A stretch of 62,865 bases of DNA, the filler included, from Aduncisulcus paluster (taxonomy: Eukaryota), in assembly GCA_024181965.1 (NCBI GenBank). It is 8 parts of 8 records of this genome, joined end to end, with 100 filler letters (N's around TTAATTAATTAA, not from the genome) between each part and the next. Parts side by side here need not be neighbours in the genome. Positions count along the whole stretch, not along the records: positions 17,796 to 24,477 come from BQXS01010951.1; positions 24,578 to 31,462 come from BQXS01010952.1; positions 31,563 to 42,308 come from BQXS01010953.1; 5 more parts are not named here. One strand, given 5' to 3'. The notes below the pieces were generated by a model. The model was not told the DNA's origin and made no database searches. It saw only the letters and a list, made by a program, of their open reading frames with translations. Numbering within the stretch: position 1 is the stretch's first letter; every line of letters begins with the position of its first letter. The translations under genes were made by a program, and so were the position numbers. Positions 20,358 through 32,703 of the stretch are shown in pieces.

Positions 20358-23300
20358 ATGATTATAGCAATAATTCATGTTATTTTTGGATTCATTCTTC
20401 TTTTTCGCTGTGTTATGGAATGTTCCACCCTTTTTAACGGGCTTTTTCTTTCCTTTTTAATTTTTGATTTTGCCTATGATCTCATTTTTACTTTTTTGAG
20501 TTGTTTTCCAAAGTTAATCTCTATTTGCACGTGGTTTAGTCCACCAATATGCTTTAACTTTTTGATTACTCTCTTTCTTGTATTTCCTGGATTTAGTCAC
20601 CCCTTTGATCCCAAAATACCCTTTAATTTGAATTTTGGATTGTTTTCTTCCTTGACGTCATCGTTCTATGCGATTAAAACTCTCTTTTATCTAATTCCAT
20701 CTACTATTTCATTCTTACACACGTTATCAAACTTCTTTTCTTTTTTAAAGGATATGAGTTATATTAACAGTATCCGCATAATTCAACATTTAGCTCATCA
20801 TCTATTCCATGTTGTGGATGATGTGAAAACTCGCATTTTGTTGAATTCACGTTCTTTCCCCCACAAAGAGTACCTTTCCATGTATTGTAAATATATTGGG
20901 TCCTTTTTGAGGAGTTTCCCCCGCTTTTTATCCCTTTTACTCATTTTTTCTGTTGTCATCACCTGTATTAACCCTTCTGTAACCCCCTTTATTACTGTGT
21001 CTTGCCAACCTGTCTCTGCTATCTCTCATGGCCAAGTTTATCATCAGGAAGTCCCAAAACTCTCTCCTGAATCACTTTCTTTTATCTTGGATAGCAGTTA
21101 CGACGAAGATCTTGCAATGATGGTGTTGTCTGATCTTCCATCACCTCTTTCTCATTATTCTATTAATAGAACAACTCCAACAACAACGATGGGTGTTATC
21201 TCTCATTCTGACGTTGAATTTCTCTTTGATGAACCTTCTCAAGACGATTCTAGTATCTCCTGCAGTGAGAATGATAATATTACCACCTTCTCGTTGTTCA
21301 ATTCCGCCAATCCCCTTGTGACCTCCATGTTTGACTCTAATGATGATTATTATTCCTCCTCTAATGTGGATTTGGTCACATTTAACGACGATGACTTCCA
21401 AAAATCCATCTGCGATCATCTACCAGGTGGCGGCAAGACCCTTTGCTCAGCTTCGGAGTATTATCTGGCCTTTGTATCGGATTATGTATGTGACGATAAC
21501 TATTTTAATGCTGCAGATATTACTGGTGTTGAATTCCTTGTCAATACTGGGACTGTTGTGTTGACAAACAATTCGATCACTTCTGTGGACCCCATCGCTT
21601 ATCTACCGCAAATATGTTACCTAACGCTCAATGATAATTTAGGAAATATGGATATCACTGATCTCGCCCCTCTTCATACTCTTTCAAGGTTGTTAGGATT
21701 CTATATTGATGGAAATCTCAATTTATATGATATTTCTCCTATATATAGAAATATCGGTTTGACAACGCTAAAATTAGCTAATTCCTCAGATACTTATTCC
21801 ACTGGTATCTGTCGTTCTGAAACGGATTCTGCCTTTTTACTGTATCTGACTAATATTTTCCCTCAAACAGCCTCTGTTGAAATGTCGTGGTTGGTTCCCA
21901 ATCTATGCTCCATTAACCCTACAAGTAGCAGTATTTATACTTGTCTTTCTGGCACAAATCCTACTCAATGTCCTTCTATGGTTTTGAACCAAGTTTATGA
22001 ACCCATTTCATCAAGTCTTGAGTGTTCAGCCATCGCCAAAAGTGGAGCAAATGGTGAATGCTACACTATTCACGATGATTTGATTCGAAACTATCTCAAA
22101 GATTCCTCAAATAGTTGCTTAAATACCTCTGATTTCGAGGCCAACGGTATCGTTAGTGTAGCTACTTTGAGGACTGCTTGGGGATGTTCCTCACTCGATT
22201 TAAACGATGTCATTTTTACACAGAGTGTTTTGGTTGCCTCTGTGAATGACATCACTACTCTTCAGGGTCTTGAGTACGCCCAGGGAGTTGATTCTGACAC
22301 TGGCACTCCTATTGGTCTGACATCTCTGACTCTTGATGGGTATGACTTGAGTGGAGACATCAATGACAATGCTGAGTATGATAAGTTGGTTGTTCAGATC
22401 CTAGCAAAGGCAGTAACATTTGGCAATATCGACTCTGGTCTCACGCATTTATCAGTGAGCGGGTGTGGCTTGAGTGCTATTACTGACGTGCTTGACTTAA
22501 CTCCAAGAGCAAACGGAGACTCAGTCACCCAGCCTTTCAAGCTCACATACCTTGATCTTTCGAACAACTCCATCTCTGATGTGTCAGTTCTGCTCACCTC
22601 TGATCTCTTCCCTGCTGATGCTCTCACAACCCTTGATATCAGCTCCAACAACATCTGTGACATTGACAATGTTGTCACTGATCTTCAATCCAAATTCACA
22701 AACCTCTCAACATTGATATATTCTGACCAAACATGTCATTGTTCTGCATCCGTGTCTTCTTCAGCTCATCAAGTGTGTCGTGNNNNNNNNNNNNNNNNNN
22801 NNGATCTTTCGAACAACTCCATCTCTGATGTGTCAGTTCTGCTCACCTCTGATCTCTTCCCTGCTGATGCTCTCACAACCCTTGATATCAGCTCCAACAA
22901 CATCTGTGACATTGACAATGTTGTCACTGATCTTCAATCCAAATTCACAAACCTCTCAACATTGATATATTCTGACCAAACATGTCATTGTTCTGCATCC
23001 GTGTCTTCTTCAGCTCATCAAGTGTGTCGTGAAGTGTACCCCGATCGCTGGGCTGTCGAGTGCTGGAATGGGTACTATCTTGACGAATCAACTGGAGAGT
23101 GTGTTGAAGCATGCGGCTCTCAAGGATATTCATCTGGTGCATGTGTCGGCACTCCAATTAGTGACGACATGATCCTCTCTGTATGTGCTAACCACCCAAC
23201 AATGATGCCCGTTCTGGCTGAAGGTGGTACAATTCTCACATGTGGATGTAGAGCTGCCTGGCGTGGTGATAACTGTGATGAGTTGTACAAAGTTTACATT

Positions 23301-24477
23301 CCTGACGAACAGTTCAGAAAAGATATATGTTACTTTGCCACATATGGTTCTGTTCTGTGTGATATTAGTGAGTATGAGCTTGCTTCCCTTCAAGGTGAAC
23401 CAATGTCTTATGGGTCCATTAACACTTCATACGAAGGAGCTGAATATCTTATCAATATCGATGGGTTTTACACACGAAATGAGTTAACGACAAGTATATT
23501 TCCAGTTGCCAAACTTGAACAATTGATAAAGTTGTATTTTTACAACGATAACAGTACCGTACCCTCGAATAGTATGGATATTCATGATTTTGACTCTTTA
23601 TACCCTCTTCACAGGTTGCAGCAGCTTGCCATCTATGGTAATGAGCGTATATACGATATTTCAGTATCATTTAGAAACATTTCTATGAATTTTTTGGAAA
23701 TTAGTGACACTTCATATTCTGTTTCAACATTAGCTTTGTGTAGATCAGAGAGCGATGAGGATTATTGGTCGATTATTACAACAATATTTCCAGTCCATGA
23801 TACCGATTCAGATGCCATGTCACAGTCATATTTGCCCAATAGCTGTCCCCTAAACGAAGAAAACACTTACTCTTGTGACCCTACCTCTTATCCTACACAG
23901 TGCCCTTCATTTGTTCTGAATGAAGTGTACGACAGCACTGCTGATACGCCCGTTAAGAAGTGTGCATCCATTGCCAAGACAAGTGGATCCGTGGAAACTG
24001 AGGATCTGACGTGTTATACAATCCATGATGATATGATTAGAAATTATCTGAAAGGTGTCTCTAGTGGATGTATTGCCAGCGAAGATGACATTGAATCGAA
24101 TGGTATCATTAGTGTTGCTACCCTGCGTAGTAAGCTGGAATGTGCGTCCCTTTCCTTGTCTGACGTTGTTAGCTATTCCTCTGTCTCTTCTGTGAATGAC
24201 ATCACTACTCTTCAGGGTCTTGAGTACGCCCAGGGAGTTGATTCTGACACTGACACTCCTATTGGTCTGACATCTCTGACTCTTGATGGGTATGACTTGA
24301 GTGGAGACATCAATGACAATGCTGAGTATGATAAGTTGGTTGTTCGGATATTATCCAAAGCCGTGACTGCTGGCGATATCGACTCTGGTCTCACGCATTT
24401 ATCAGTGAGTGGGTGTGGGTTGAATGCTGTCAGTGATGTGCTTGACTTGACTCCAATTAACTCATACGACACTTCCA
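20358..24477 (+). CDS. Large LRR- and Cys-rich surface protein with internal ~570-aa repeated module; truncated at contig end, start uncertain
   Basis: LRRs (LTYLDLSNNSISDVS, LTTLDISSNNICDI), EGF-like CGCRAAWRGDNCD, repeated ITTLQGLEYAQG module and hydrophobic N-terminal region. Confidence 0.85.
22554..23031. other. Assembly artefact: 229-bp sequence duplicated across a 20-N gap
   Basis: 22554-22782 equals 22803-23031. Confidence 0.9.
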
Positions 24478-24577
24478 NNNNNNNNNNNNNNNNNNNNNNN
24501 NNNNNNNNNNNNNNNNNNNNNTTAATTAATTAANNNNNNNNNNNNNNNNNNNNNNNNNNNNNNNNNNNNNNNNNNNN

Positions 24578-25135
24578 TTTCTTCCTCTTCAATCTGACGG
24601 CGCAGTTCTTCTTCTTCTCTCTCTCTGCGAATTCTTTCTTCCATCTCTCTTCTCTCTCTCTCTCTTCTTTCTCTTTCTCTCTTCTCTCTTTCTCTCCTCT
24701 CTCTTTCTTCTCTTTCTCTCCTCTCTCTCTCTTCTCTTTCTCTCCTTTCTCAGTCGACGCATCTCCTCTTCCTCTCTTCTCCTCCTCTCTTCTTCTTCAA
24801 GCTCTTTCCTTCTCCTTTCTCTTTCTTCCTCTTCAATCTGACGGCGCAGTTCTTCTTCTTCTCTCTCTCTGCGAATTCTTTCTTCCATCTCTCTTCTCTC
24901 TCTCTCTCTTCTTTCTCTTTCTCTCTTCTCTCTTTCTCTCCTCTCTCTTTCTTCTCTTTCTCTCCTCTCTCTCTCTTCTCTTTCTCTCCTTTCTCTCTCT
25001 TCACGTTCTCTTCTTTCTCTCTCTTCACGTTCTCTTCTTTCTCTCTCTTCACGTTCTCTTCTTTCTCTCTCTTCACGTTCTCTTCTTTCTCTCTCTTCTC
25101 TCTCTCTTCTTTCTCTCTCTTTCTTCTCCTCTTCA
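24578..25135 (-). repeat. Coding 24-nt tandem repeat (EERERRER)n / CT-rich low-complexity tract
   Basis: Repeated TCACGTTCTCTTCTTTCTCTCTCT units. The contig end 24578-24750 recopies parts of ~24820-24990. Confidence 0.9.
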
Positions 25136-26523
25136 GCAATCAAAAGCTCATATTCTTGAAGTCTTTTCTCATCTTTCCAAAGCGGCAAAGAGAGAGGAAT
25201 TCTTGGTTTCATCAAACGTAATTCTTGGTATACAATCCATAACTGGTAGAGCATGAAATCACTGTCACGAACAGCACTGCCACTGTGAGTACCTCCAATC
25301 ATACCCATAGATGAAGTCATACCCGAGGAAGAAGAGGAAGAGGAAGAGGAAGAGGAAGAGGAGGAGGAGGAGGAGGAGGAGGAGGAGGAGGAGCCAAGAC
25401 CAGACGAAGAGGATGTGGTCAAAGAAGCTGGTCTACGATTAGAAGGGGATAGTTGAGACGAACTACCCACCAAGGTAGAGGTACTCTTACCACCAAGGGT
25501 ATATAATCCACCGCCACTAACACTCCATTCTTGGACACTCCAAAATGCAGGAATTCCACAACTCATCATGGCACAGAAAACGACTCTAAGGTTGTATAAA
25601 TGTTCTTCTTGGGTCTCTGGAGCAAAGAAAATGGCACGGGTGTCGAGAGGGGTGTCGAGTGCGAGATCTCCAACAAATAGCATGTGTTGGAGCGAGTGAA
25701 TAACACAAAACAAGTGAGTGCCACTGATAAAGTCCCTCCAAAGATCAATGGGAGTTGGATCATTGGGATATACTGCGGAAGAAGGTGGATGGGACGCACT
25801 GTGGGATGGAGAAGCCGGATGGAGTTGGCTTGTTGTTGGAGAGAGAGAGTGAATCGGTGAGGAAATAGATGTAGTCATGGAATTGGTGAGAACTCTCTGT
25901 CTGGTCTCAAGAGTCTGGGATTCGGATGATTGACCCTCGGTAACACCGGTTCTATTATGAGAATATAAAAGAGATCGACCATAATGCTGTAAAATGGAAT
26001 CATACCACAGTAACATTTCTCTACAGCGCATTTTAACTTCTCTCATAATAAACGCATCAAAAATTTCATTAACAAGACGCAGGGCAGCATCAGAATTTGT
26101 TCCGGCAACAAGATCATTTGCGGTTGGCATGTTTCGAGCACTTACAGCCTCACGCCATACAGTGGAAATAGCCATCTCCAAATTTTTCATTCTAGAATGC
26201 CTACTCTTTGGTTTTTTTTCATATCCAAGAAAAGAATTACGGGGATTTATCTTTTGAAGGATTCTAATGAGATATAGACCATCTTTGAATTCTCGGGCAA
26301 TAGTTTCAGGAGTTACCCGAGGTCCGCAATCCAAAGCTTCAACCCAACGGCATAAATGTATAATTCTTTGTTTTGCTTCATTGAAAATATTTTAAGAAAG
26401 AGTGACAGGAAACGAAAAATGACGATTCAAGATTTAGAAATATATTAGAAAATTGGAATGATATACGTGCTTAAAAAATCGAAAAAACATACTTAATTTC
26501 TTACGACCTCTTCTAACAGGCAT
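24578..26523 (-). CDS. Calponin-homology (CH) domain protein with poly-Ser tract and E/R-rich charged helix; probable intron 26376-26492; 3' end unreliable
   Basis: LCRWVEAL...REFKDGLYLIRILQKI...RMKNLEMA is a CH-domain pattern. Exon 1 (ATG 26523, MPVRRGRKKL) with a GTATGT donor at 26492 splices in frame to the AG at 26376; that acceptor is less certain. Confidence 0.75.
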
Positions 26524-26697
26524 GGTGTCAAAAAATAACAGCAAATTTTTTAAAAACGTTTTCAAGAATAATACAATTTATTGGTGGATCAAAATAATAT
26601 TTTTTCAAATAATTTCATTCATATTTTAGATTGAATCGGTAATATAAATGATAACAGGGACGATCGGAGTTTTTGGTGCCATATCTCATCTGTACCC

Positions 26698-29214
26698 ATG
26701 AAACACAATTCATTTCGCCATCAACCCTCTTTAGCTCTTCGGAGAGCTAGAGATGGAGGAGTTAGAGATGATAAAATGACTGAACTTTCCCCTCTTATTA
26801 GTCCACTCTCTAGTATTTCCCATAGCTTACAAGTTTTAAAATCTAAAAAAGCGTCTTGGAAACAAATAATTGAATCTATGACAAATATGAGACGAGGGGC
26901 ATGTTTTTCACCTCACGTCGTTCTTGGCGTCGGATTAACCGAAATTATCCGTTCAATTCTAGTATATACAAAAGCCCCACAAAGTAGGCTAAGAAAATAC
27001 GCTTTATCGGTATTAAGCGAATTAATATTATATTTTTCAGGTCACATGGAAGGATTACTCCTTCGAGAAGTATTTCAGGAATTTCTTGGTCGATCTGCTG
27101 AAAAAATTCAATTCATTGTTACAGAAGCCAACAAAGGGCTATGTTGTGTTTCGCTTAGAGCCGGAGCTCATAAATTGCTCCCCTTATTAAATAGTTTCTT
27201 AGAATGCAGTGTCGTATCTTACCGAGCTCGTGCTGCTCAATGTATCTGCATTGTTCTTGAATACCGTGGAATACGGTGGCTTGCACATCAACAATTAAAC
27301 CCTCGTCGAAGACATTCGGCCGGTGCTGTCGGCAGGAAACGAAGAGGGGTCCGTTATCCAATATCTCTCCCATCTACTTCTCATTCTAATAATATCTTAC
27401 ATTCTCAAGACCTTCATCCAGAAATTTCAGAAAAATTTACGAAAATTCATCGGGCTGTCCAACCACCCAAGCCCGAGGTTCAATATTCATACAAAACAAT
27501 GCCATTTGCAACTAAAAAATCTGTTTCCATCGAACCAACTATTAGATATTCCACTGTAGACCATCCTAGGGAACATTTCCAAGAACCTCGAAAACCTCCT
27601 GCTAGCCTTCGAACATCAGCATATTCACCGACTCCTACGGTTTCTTCCTCAACTTCTGTCCTCAAATCTTCAACCAATCCTTCATTCTCATCGGCGGCGC
27701 CTGCATCGTTACCGAAAATATCTCTTCTTAGACGTGCCAGTGTTAGAGGCAGACGGCGTGTTGGAACTCATTCGTCAACTTCAATTGACTCGAGAGCAAG
27801 AGCAGATGGCAGTGGTCCTCTAGCACTCGGTGAAAGCATCTCTAGTATCATTCGTAGGGTCGGCCAACCGTTATTACCGGCTGGAACCGGCCAATCTCCC
27901 GGTCAGAGCTCTGTGTCTGATCACCGGGATTCTGGTGTTGGTTCCTTCCAAGCACCAAATAAGTCTAATCTTGAGAGAATCCAAGAAGAAAAACATAAAA
28001 TCACATCCATTCTCTCTCTTTCAAGCCGTAGAGATCCTCCTTCTCTTTCCAGTCTATGTTCCTCTTCTTCCTCTGCTTCAAGTCCTGGTTCTCTTCATTC
28101 TATTGGTGATTCTGTTGGTGAGTTTGTATCTCCACAACCCATAGTTTCTCAATCTCAGCCTCTATTTATATCTGCTTTAAATCACAGAAGAAAAGGAAGG
28201 AGTCGAAGTAGAGGGGTGATCAGAACATCTAAATTCACTGATTCACCAGAAACATCGTCTTTAACTGCACGTGAAGCTTACCCAAGAAAAGGCATTAGAA
28301 GAATGACTCTTTCTGGACAACCCTCATCTAAATATAGCCACAAACAACTTTCTCAACAAGAATCTTCTTCTTCCTTGTGTTCAACACCTGAGCTTGGACA
28401 GAATGGAGTTCTTTCATCTACTGATACTATTGGTACTACTACTACCACCACAGCAACCTCCAGGAGAGTGTCTGGTGTTTCTACGTTCCCTTTGAACCCT
28501 CTTCCCAAGAGAATATATCATAAGAATGTCATATCAACACCCTCCACAGATATTGATCATATTGATCATCATGATATTATTTCACACCCTTCTCCCTTAT
28601 CCTCAAGTGGATATGTTACCTCAAGTGGATATGTTACCTCAAGTGGAAGAAAGAATGATCAACAATCCCATCGAACATCTGTGACTCCGTCTCCATTGTT
28701 TTCTTCTTTATTACATGAATCATCGAGGGACCATGATTCTGATCTCATGATGAGAAGGAAAGACTCTGTGGATTCTCTTTCTTCTAGTTCTAAGGATTGG
28801 TATGCTACTTCCACTTCTTCCTCTTCTTCCACTAAAAGTATAGTTGCTGCTGACCATGGTGATCATGGTGATTATGGTGACCATGGTGATCATGGTGATT
28901 ATGGTGATGATTCAACTCTTCTTAATTCCTCATTACTCCCCCTTTTATCTTCTCTCTCCTCTCTTTGTGAAGACAAATCACCTCAGACTCGACTCTTTTG
29001 TAGGAGAGCATTGGCAGATATATGTGCTTCTGTTGGAATGGTCTCTCTTGAAAGAGTTGTGGGGAAAAAGACTCTGGAATATGTCAAGAGATATATTGAA
29101 GGTGGGTATCAATATGAGCTAAAGTCTAATCCTCTGCCTTCTTCAGATACAATTCCTATTGGAACATACATTCAATTGCCCTCTCTAGAAAGTCTTTTGG
29201 ATGGAGTAGAATGA
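26698..29214 (+). CDS. TOG/CLASP-N (Crescerin/FAM179-like) HEAT domain protein split by a long low-complexity insert
   Basis: SWKQIIESMTNMRR, SRLRKYALSVLSEL, FIVTEANKGL and YRARAAQC are HEAT-like. The final repeat LCEDKSPQTRLFCRRAL follows ~550 aa later. Confidence 0.7.
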   Translation: MKHNSFRHQPSLALRRARDGGVRDDKMTELSPLISPLSSISHSLQVLKSKKASWKQIIESMTNMRRGACFSPHVVLGVGLTEIIRSILVYTKAPQSRLRKYALSVLSELILYFSGHMEGLLLREVFQEFLGRSAEKIQFIVTEANKGLCCVSLRAGAHKLLPLLNSFLECSVVSYRARAAQCICIVLEYRGIRWLAHQQLNPRRRHSAGAVGRKRRGVRYPISLPSTSHSNNILHSQDLHPEISEKFTKIHRAVQPPKPEVQYSYKTMPFATKKSVSIEPTIRYSTVDHPREHFQEPRKPPASLRTSAYSPTPTVSSSTSVLKSSTNPSFSSAAPASLPKISLLRRASVRGRRRVGTHSSTSIDSRARADGSGPLALGESISSIIRRVGQPLLPAGTGQSPGQSSVSDHRDSGVGSFQAPNKSNLERIQEEKHKITSILSLSSRRDPPSLSSLCSSSSSASSPGSLHSIGDSVGEFVSPQPIVSQSQPLFISALNHRRKGRSRSRGVIRTSKFTDSPETSSLTAREAYPRKGIRRMTLSGQPSSKYSHKQLSQQESSSSLCSTPELGQNGVLSSTDTIGTTTTTTATSRRVSGVSTFPLNPLPKRIYHKNVISTPSTDIDHIDHHDIISHPSPLSSSGYVTSSGYVTSSGRKNDQQSHRTSVTPSPLFSSLLHESSRDHDSDLMMRRKDSVDSLSSSSKDWYATSTSSSSSTKSIVAADHGDHGDYGDHGDHGDYGDDSTLLNSSLLPLLSSLSSLCEDKSPQTRLFCRRALADICASVGMVSLERVVGKKTLEYVKRYIEGGYQYELKSNPLPSSDTIPIGTYIQLPSLESLLDGVE

Positions 29215-29755
29215 TTAGGATATAAAAATAGGATATTTGAGAAAGAATTAATTATTATTATTATTTTTATTAAATTAGATCTCTATTGTTCTTCACATTT
29301 TCAGACCAATGTAATCTATTTTTATAGAATATTCATTATTAAAGTTATTTTTAATTTAATAGAATATTGATTAAGGTGTTGTCTGGATCAAGAAGATTGT
29401 TTATTTTAGATTTTTTTTTTTTTTTTTTTAGATTTTTTTTTTTTTGTTTGTTTTTTCCTGTGATTGTGATTTGGATTATTTGACGATTGAGAAATTAACT
29501 TTCTTTCTTTCTCAAATATCCTATTTTTAGAACATTAGAATCTTTATATTATTATTATTATTAATTATTATTATGAAACAAAGAAACAAAATAATTATTT
29601 TGTTGTTATGCAATGCATGGTGCGTCTCGTTTCAAAAACCTTTCTGTTATATGTTTGTTAGATTTCAATTTATGCAGAAGGTTTTTTAAATTTTTTTTTT
29701 TTTTTTTTTTTTTTTTATTATTATTATTGTCCTTGGTAAAGTGTCATTTCTTGAA

Positions 29756-30823
29756 TTATTTCCATGGAAGAAAAGATAATCGTTCAGCTGCAATGGTTTC
29801 CTCGTTGATAGTAAATACAAGGGAGTATATCTCGAACCATCGATTATTCTTATTACCCCACGTTCCTTTCCCTTCAATCTCACATGATACAACATTATCC
29901 AAATCAATAGGAAGGAAGTGCCATTCATATTTATGTTTAGGTTCTGTGAATTCATACTTTTTGGATATCTTCTTACCATCACAATCAGTGAAAGTGAAGA
30001 GAAGAGAGGGTGAACAGTCACTCACACAGATATAAGCACCTTTCATAGGACTAGGTGATGGGAAAGGGATGGAAAGATGGGATAAGTAAACACCACATTC
30101 CCCTTTTAACATTTTTTGTGCATTTAAACTCTGATCATACTCCTTAGATCCCTTTATATACGAATCATCCTTGCACTTAACCATTGAGAATGAAGGATCT
30201 ACAAGCTTTGGATCATCTCGTGGAATGGGAATATATTTTATACCTCCAACCTTAACAAACTCTGGTTTCACAACTGGAGCTTCAGACCATAGTTTATCTT
30301 TGGCTTCACGAGATGTGATTTCTTCAGGGGTTTCTTTTCTAATGAAAACAAGGGAGGAGATTTTAAAATACTTGCTATATCTTCCTTTCCCTGTAATTTC
30401 ACACAGAACAACATCAGGGAGATCAACAGGAAGGAAATACCAATGCCAACCTTTAAATCCAGGAAACTCGTATTTCTTCAACGTTTTATCACCCTTTGAA
30501 GATGTGAGAGTGAAGATAATATGTGATGGAGATAAAGAGTCACCATATAGACAGATATAAGTACCTTTCATTGGGGAAGACGAAGAGAAAGGAATGGAGA
30601 TATGGGTAAAATGTCCATCATTACACTCTCCTTTCATCATCCTTTGTGCATAATAACTCTGATCGGACTTTTTATCACCTTCTTTCCAGGTTGCTTTGAT
30701 AGTTGGAAACTTTGGACTCTTAATACTGGGGGCATCTCCAGGAATTGGACAACAAGCCTCATCTCCTTCATGAACAAACAGAGGTTCCACAGTTTGAATA
30801 ACAGCATCTGTGGATGAACTCAT
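29756..30823 (-). CDS. Member of a lineage-expanded family with two tandem ~160-aa domains (PIP..., MKG[AT]YIC, KKYEF, W[YH]FLP[VI]DL..VV.CEI.GKG)
   Basis: The internal duplication is visible in the translation. Degenerate paralogues lie at 6205-6663 and 49203-49583. Confidence 0.85.
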   Translation of the reverse strand: MSSSTDAVIQTVEPLFVHEGDEACCPIPGDAPSIKSPKFPTIKATWKEGDKKSDQSYYAQRMMKGECNDGHFTHISIPFSSSSPMKGTYICLYGDSLSPSHIIFTLTSSKGDKTLKKYEFPGFKGWHWYFLPVDLPDVVLCEITGKGRYSKYFKISSLVFIRKETPEEITSREAKDKLWSEAPVVKPEFVKVGGIKYIPIPRDDPKLVDPSFSMVKCKDDSYIKGSKEYDQSLNAQKMLKGECGVYLSHLSIPFPSPSPMKGAYICVSDCSPSLLFTFTDCDGKKISKKYEFTEPKHKYEWHFLPIDLDNVVSCEIEGKGTWGNKNNRWFEIYSLVFTINEETIAAERLSFLPWK

Positions 30824-31900
30824 TTACCTAAAAAATAAAAACAAGCAGAACAATGAATGAATCCAATTAAAATATTTCTTAATATACATCTAATAAAAGA
30901 CGCAACATATAGTAAACATACAATTTGCTTGTTTGTCAAGAAATCGAAAAAATGGACTGAACAAGCAACTCTTCAATAGATAAGATTGGAAATTTAAAAA
31001 ACACATATAGACGAGTTAAATGCTGGTAAATGATAAAAACATGTTTTATTTTCATTTCCATGCCATGGTGTTTATTCTCGATATCTCAGGCTTTTGGAGA
31101 CCCCTCAGGACTGGATATACTTCCATTTCACGTGTTAAGAACATTTATGAACGATTTCAATGCTATTCAATAACATGGATATATTTCCATTTCATTTCTA
31201 TCCTTATCCTTGCCTTTCTGTTTCATTTTCACTTGCTTTTGCTTACAATCAAAAATATCAAGAACTCGGAATATGATGGTATACATATGTCTGTATACTG
31301 CTACGAATCTAATCCCCTGATGCTTCATGGAACATGACATTTCCCCGCAGTCAAATCCAACTCCAAATCCAAATCCAACTCCAACCCCAATGGCAGATCC
31401 TGATCATCTGATACATTTAATACTGAGCTTTGTGCTATTTCACCCCAGATTGACAATGTGACNNNNNNNNNNNNNNNNNNNNNNNNNNNNNNNNNNNNNN
31501 NNNNNNTTAATTAATTAANNNNNNNNNNNNNNNNNNNNNNNNNNNNNNNNNNNNNNNNNNNNTCTCAATGTTCAGTATCTCCCGTGCATTCATATCAGAC
31601 ATCTGAATCAAAAGACTATCCATGTTCTTCCTCATCCTCAAAGATACTCAATGAACATCCTTCACGAAATCAGAGCGATCATGATGGTCATGTCCATCGT
31701 TTGTTCTTGCTCTTCGCTCGGATGCTCTTCTTCATGGTTATATGTTCATCAATATGCATGGTCTGCAAATGTTTTATTTCTTTGCTTGTGTTGTAGACGT
31801 AAGCGAGAAGTTACATGTGTTCCCCATTGAGAAAATAGATAATAAATCTGCAATTTGAAATGACTTCATGGTAGTATTCCATACCTATCGTGGAATGGAA

Positions 31901-32037
31901 TTCAGTTGTAATTCACTATATTTTCAGTTGTAACAAATTATATTTTCAGTTGTAATATAGGTTCCACTTGTAATTCAGTTGTAACGAATTATATTTTCAG
32001 TTGTAATACAGGTTCTACTTGTAATTCAACTGAAAAA
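31901..32037. repeat. Minisatellite built on TTCAGTTGTAA with 51-bp period, ending in an inverted copy (CAACTGAAAA)
   Basis: Units start at 31923 and 31974; five TTCAGTTGTAA cores in total. Confidence 0.85.
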
Positions 32038-32057
32038 TTTTTATTTGTGTCGTTGTG

Positions 32058-32355
32058 TGATCATCGGATACATTTAATACTGAGCTTTGTGCTGAAAGTT
32101 TCTGAGCTTGACCCTATATCTGACGTAAAGGAGGGTATATCTGAGGGATAGGCAATAAGAGCGAATTATATGATCTATGAGGGTAAACCTGCTAAAGCTG
32201 TTGAATACCTCCAAAGTGCAGGATGCTCTTCGGCTGAATCGAAGCTGACCAGGCACGAAAGAAGGAATATTGCGCAAAAAATGTTCCCTAAAGTTGCCTT
32301 TTAATTTATTTTTATTTATATATTTTGTTGGTCCGTAAGGGATCACTTCTGAAGT
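32058..32355 (+). mobile_element. Probable decayed non-LTR retrotransposon ORF fragment (region just before/at start of RT)
   Basis: Translates DHRIHLILSFVL...*AIRANYMIYEGKPAKAVEYLQSAG...AQKMFP, then GP*GITSE in a shifted frame, resembling 'RA..L..EG..SKA...L.S.G...P' and 'GPDG'. The first 36 nt recur at 31401-31436 on a different contig. Confidence 0.45.
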
Positions 32356-32645
32356 CACGCTTCAACAAGTTGTTCACCTTGATTATCATAATCAAGACAT
32401 GATGTCTTCGGGTTTCACGGCTAATGGAAACTATCCAAACTTGAAGTTTTTATATTGGGTGTGATGCTTACTCTACCCATGGATCTATAAATAGAACCAG
32501 TGAGAATCATCATATAAACTTTTATGGACTTATCAGGTGAGATTCTCCATTGGAGTTGAAATGTTTCTCACACACAAAAACCTGTTTATTCGTTTGATCT
32601 ATTTTATTTCATTTTTGTCCTTGACTATCACTTCATTTTTCACAG

Positions 32646-32646
32646 T

Positions 32647-32701
<55 letters not shown>

Positions 32702-32703
32702 TT
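32646..32703. repeat. (ATTT)n microsatellite abutting the ZW10-like stop
   Basis: About 14 perfect TTTA/ATTT units. Confidence 0.95.

Noticed and set aside
31901-32037. CRISPR-like repeat array
   Set aside because: The 'spacers' are short and themselves repeated, there are no cas genes and the context is eukaryotic; it is a minisatellite.
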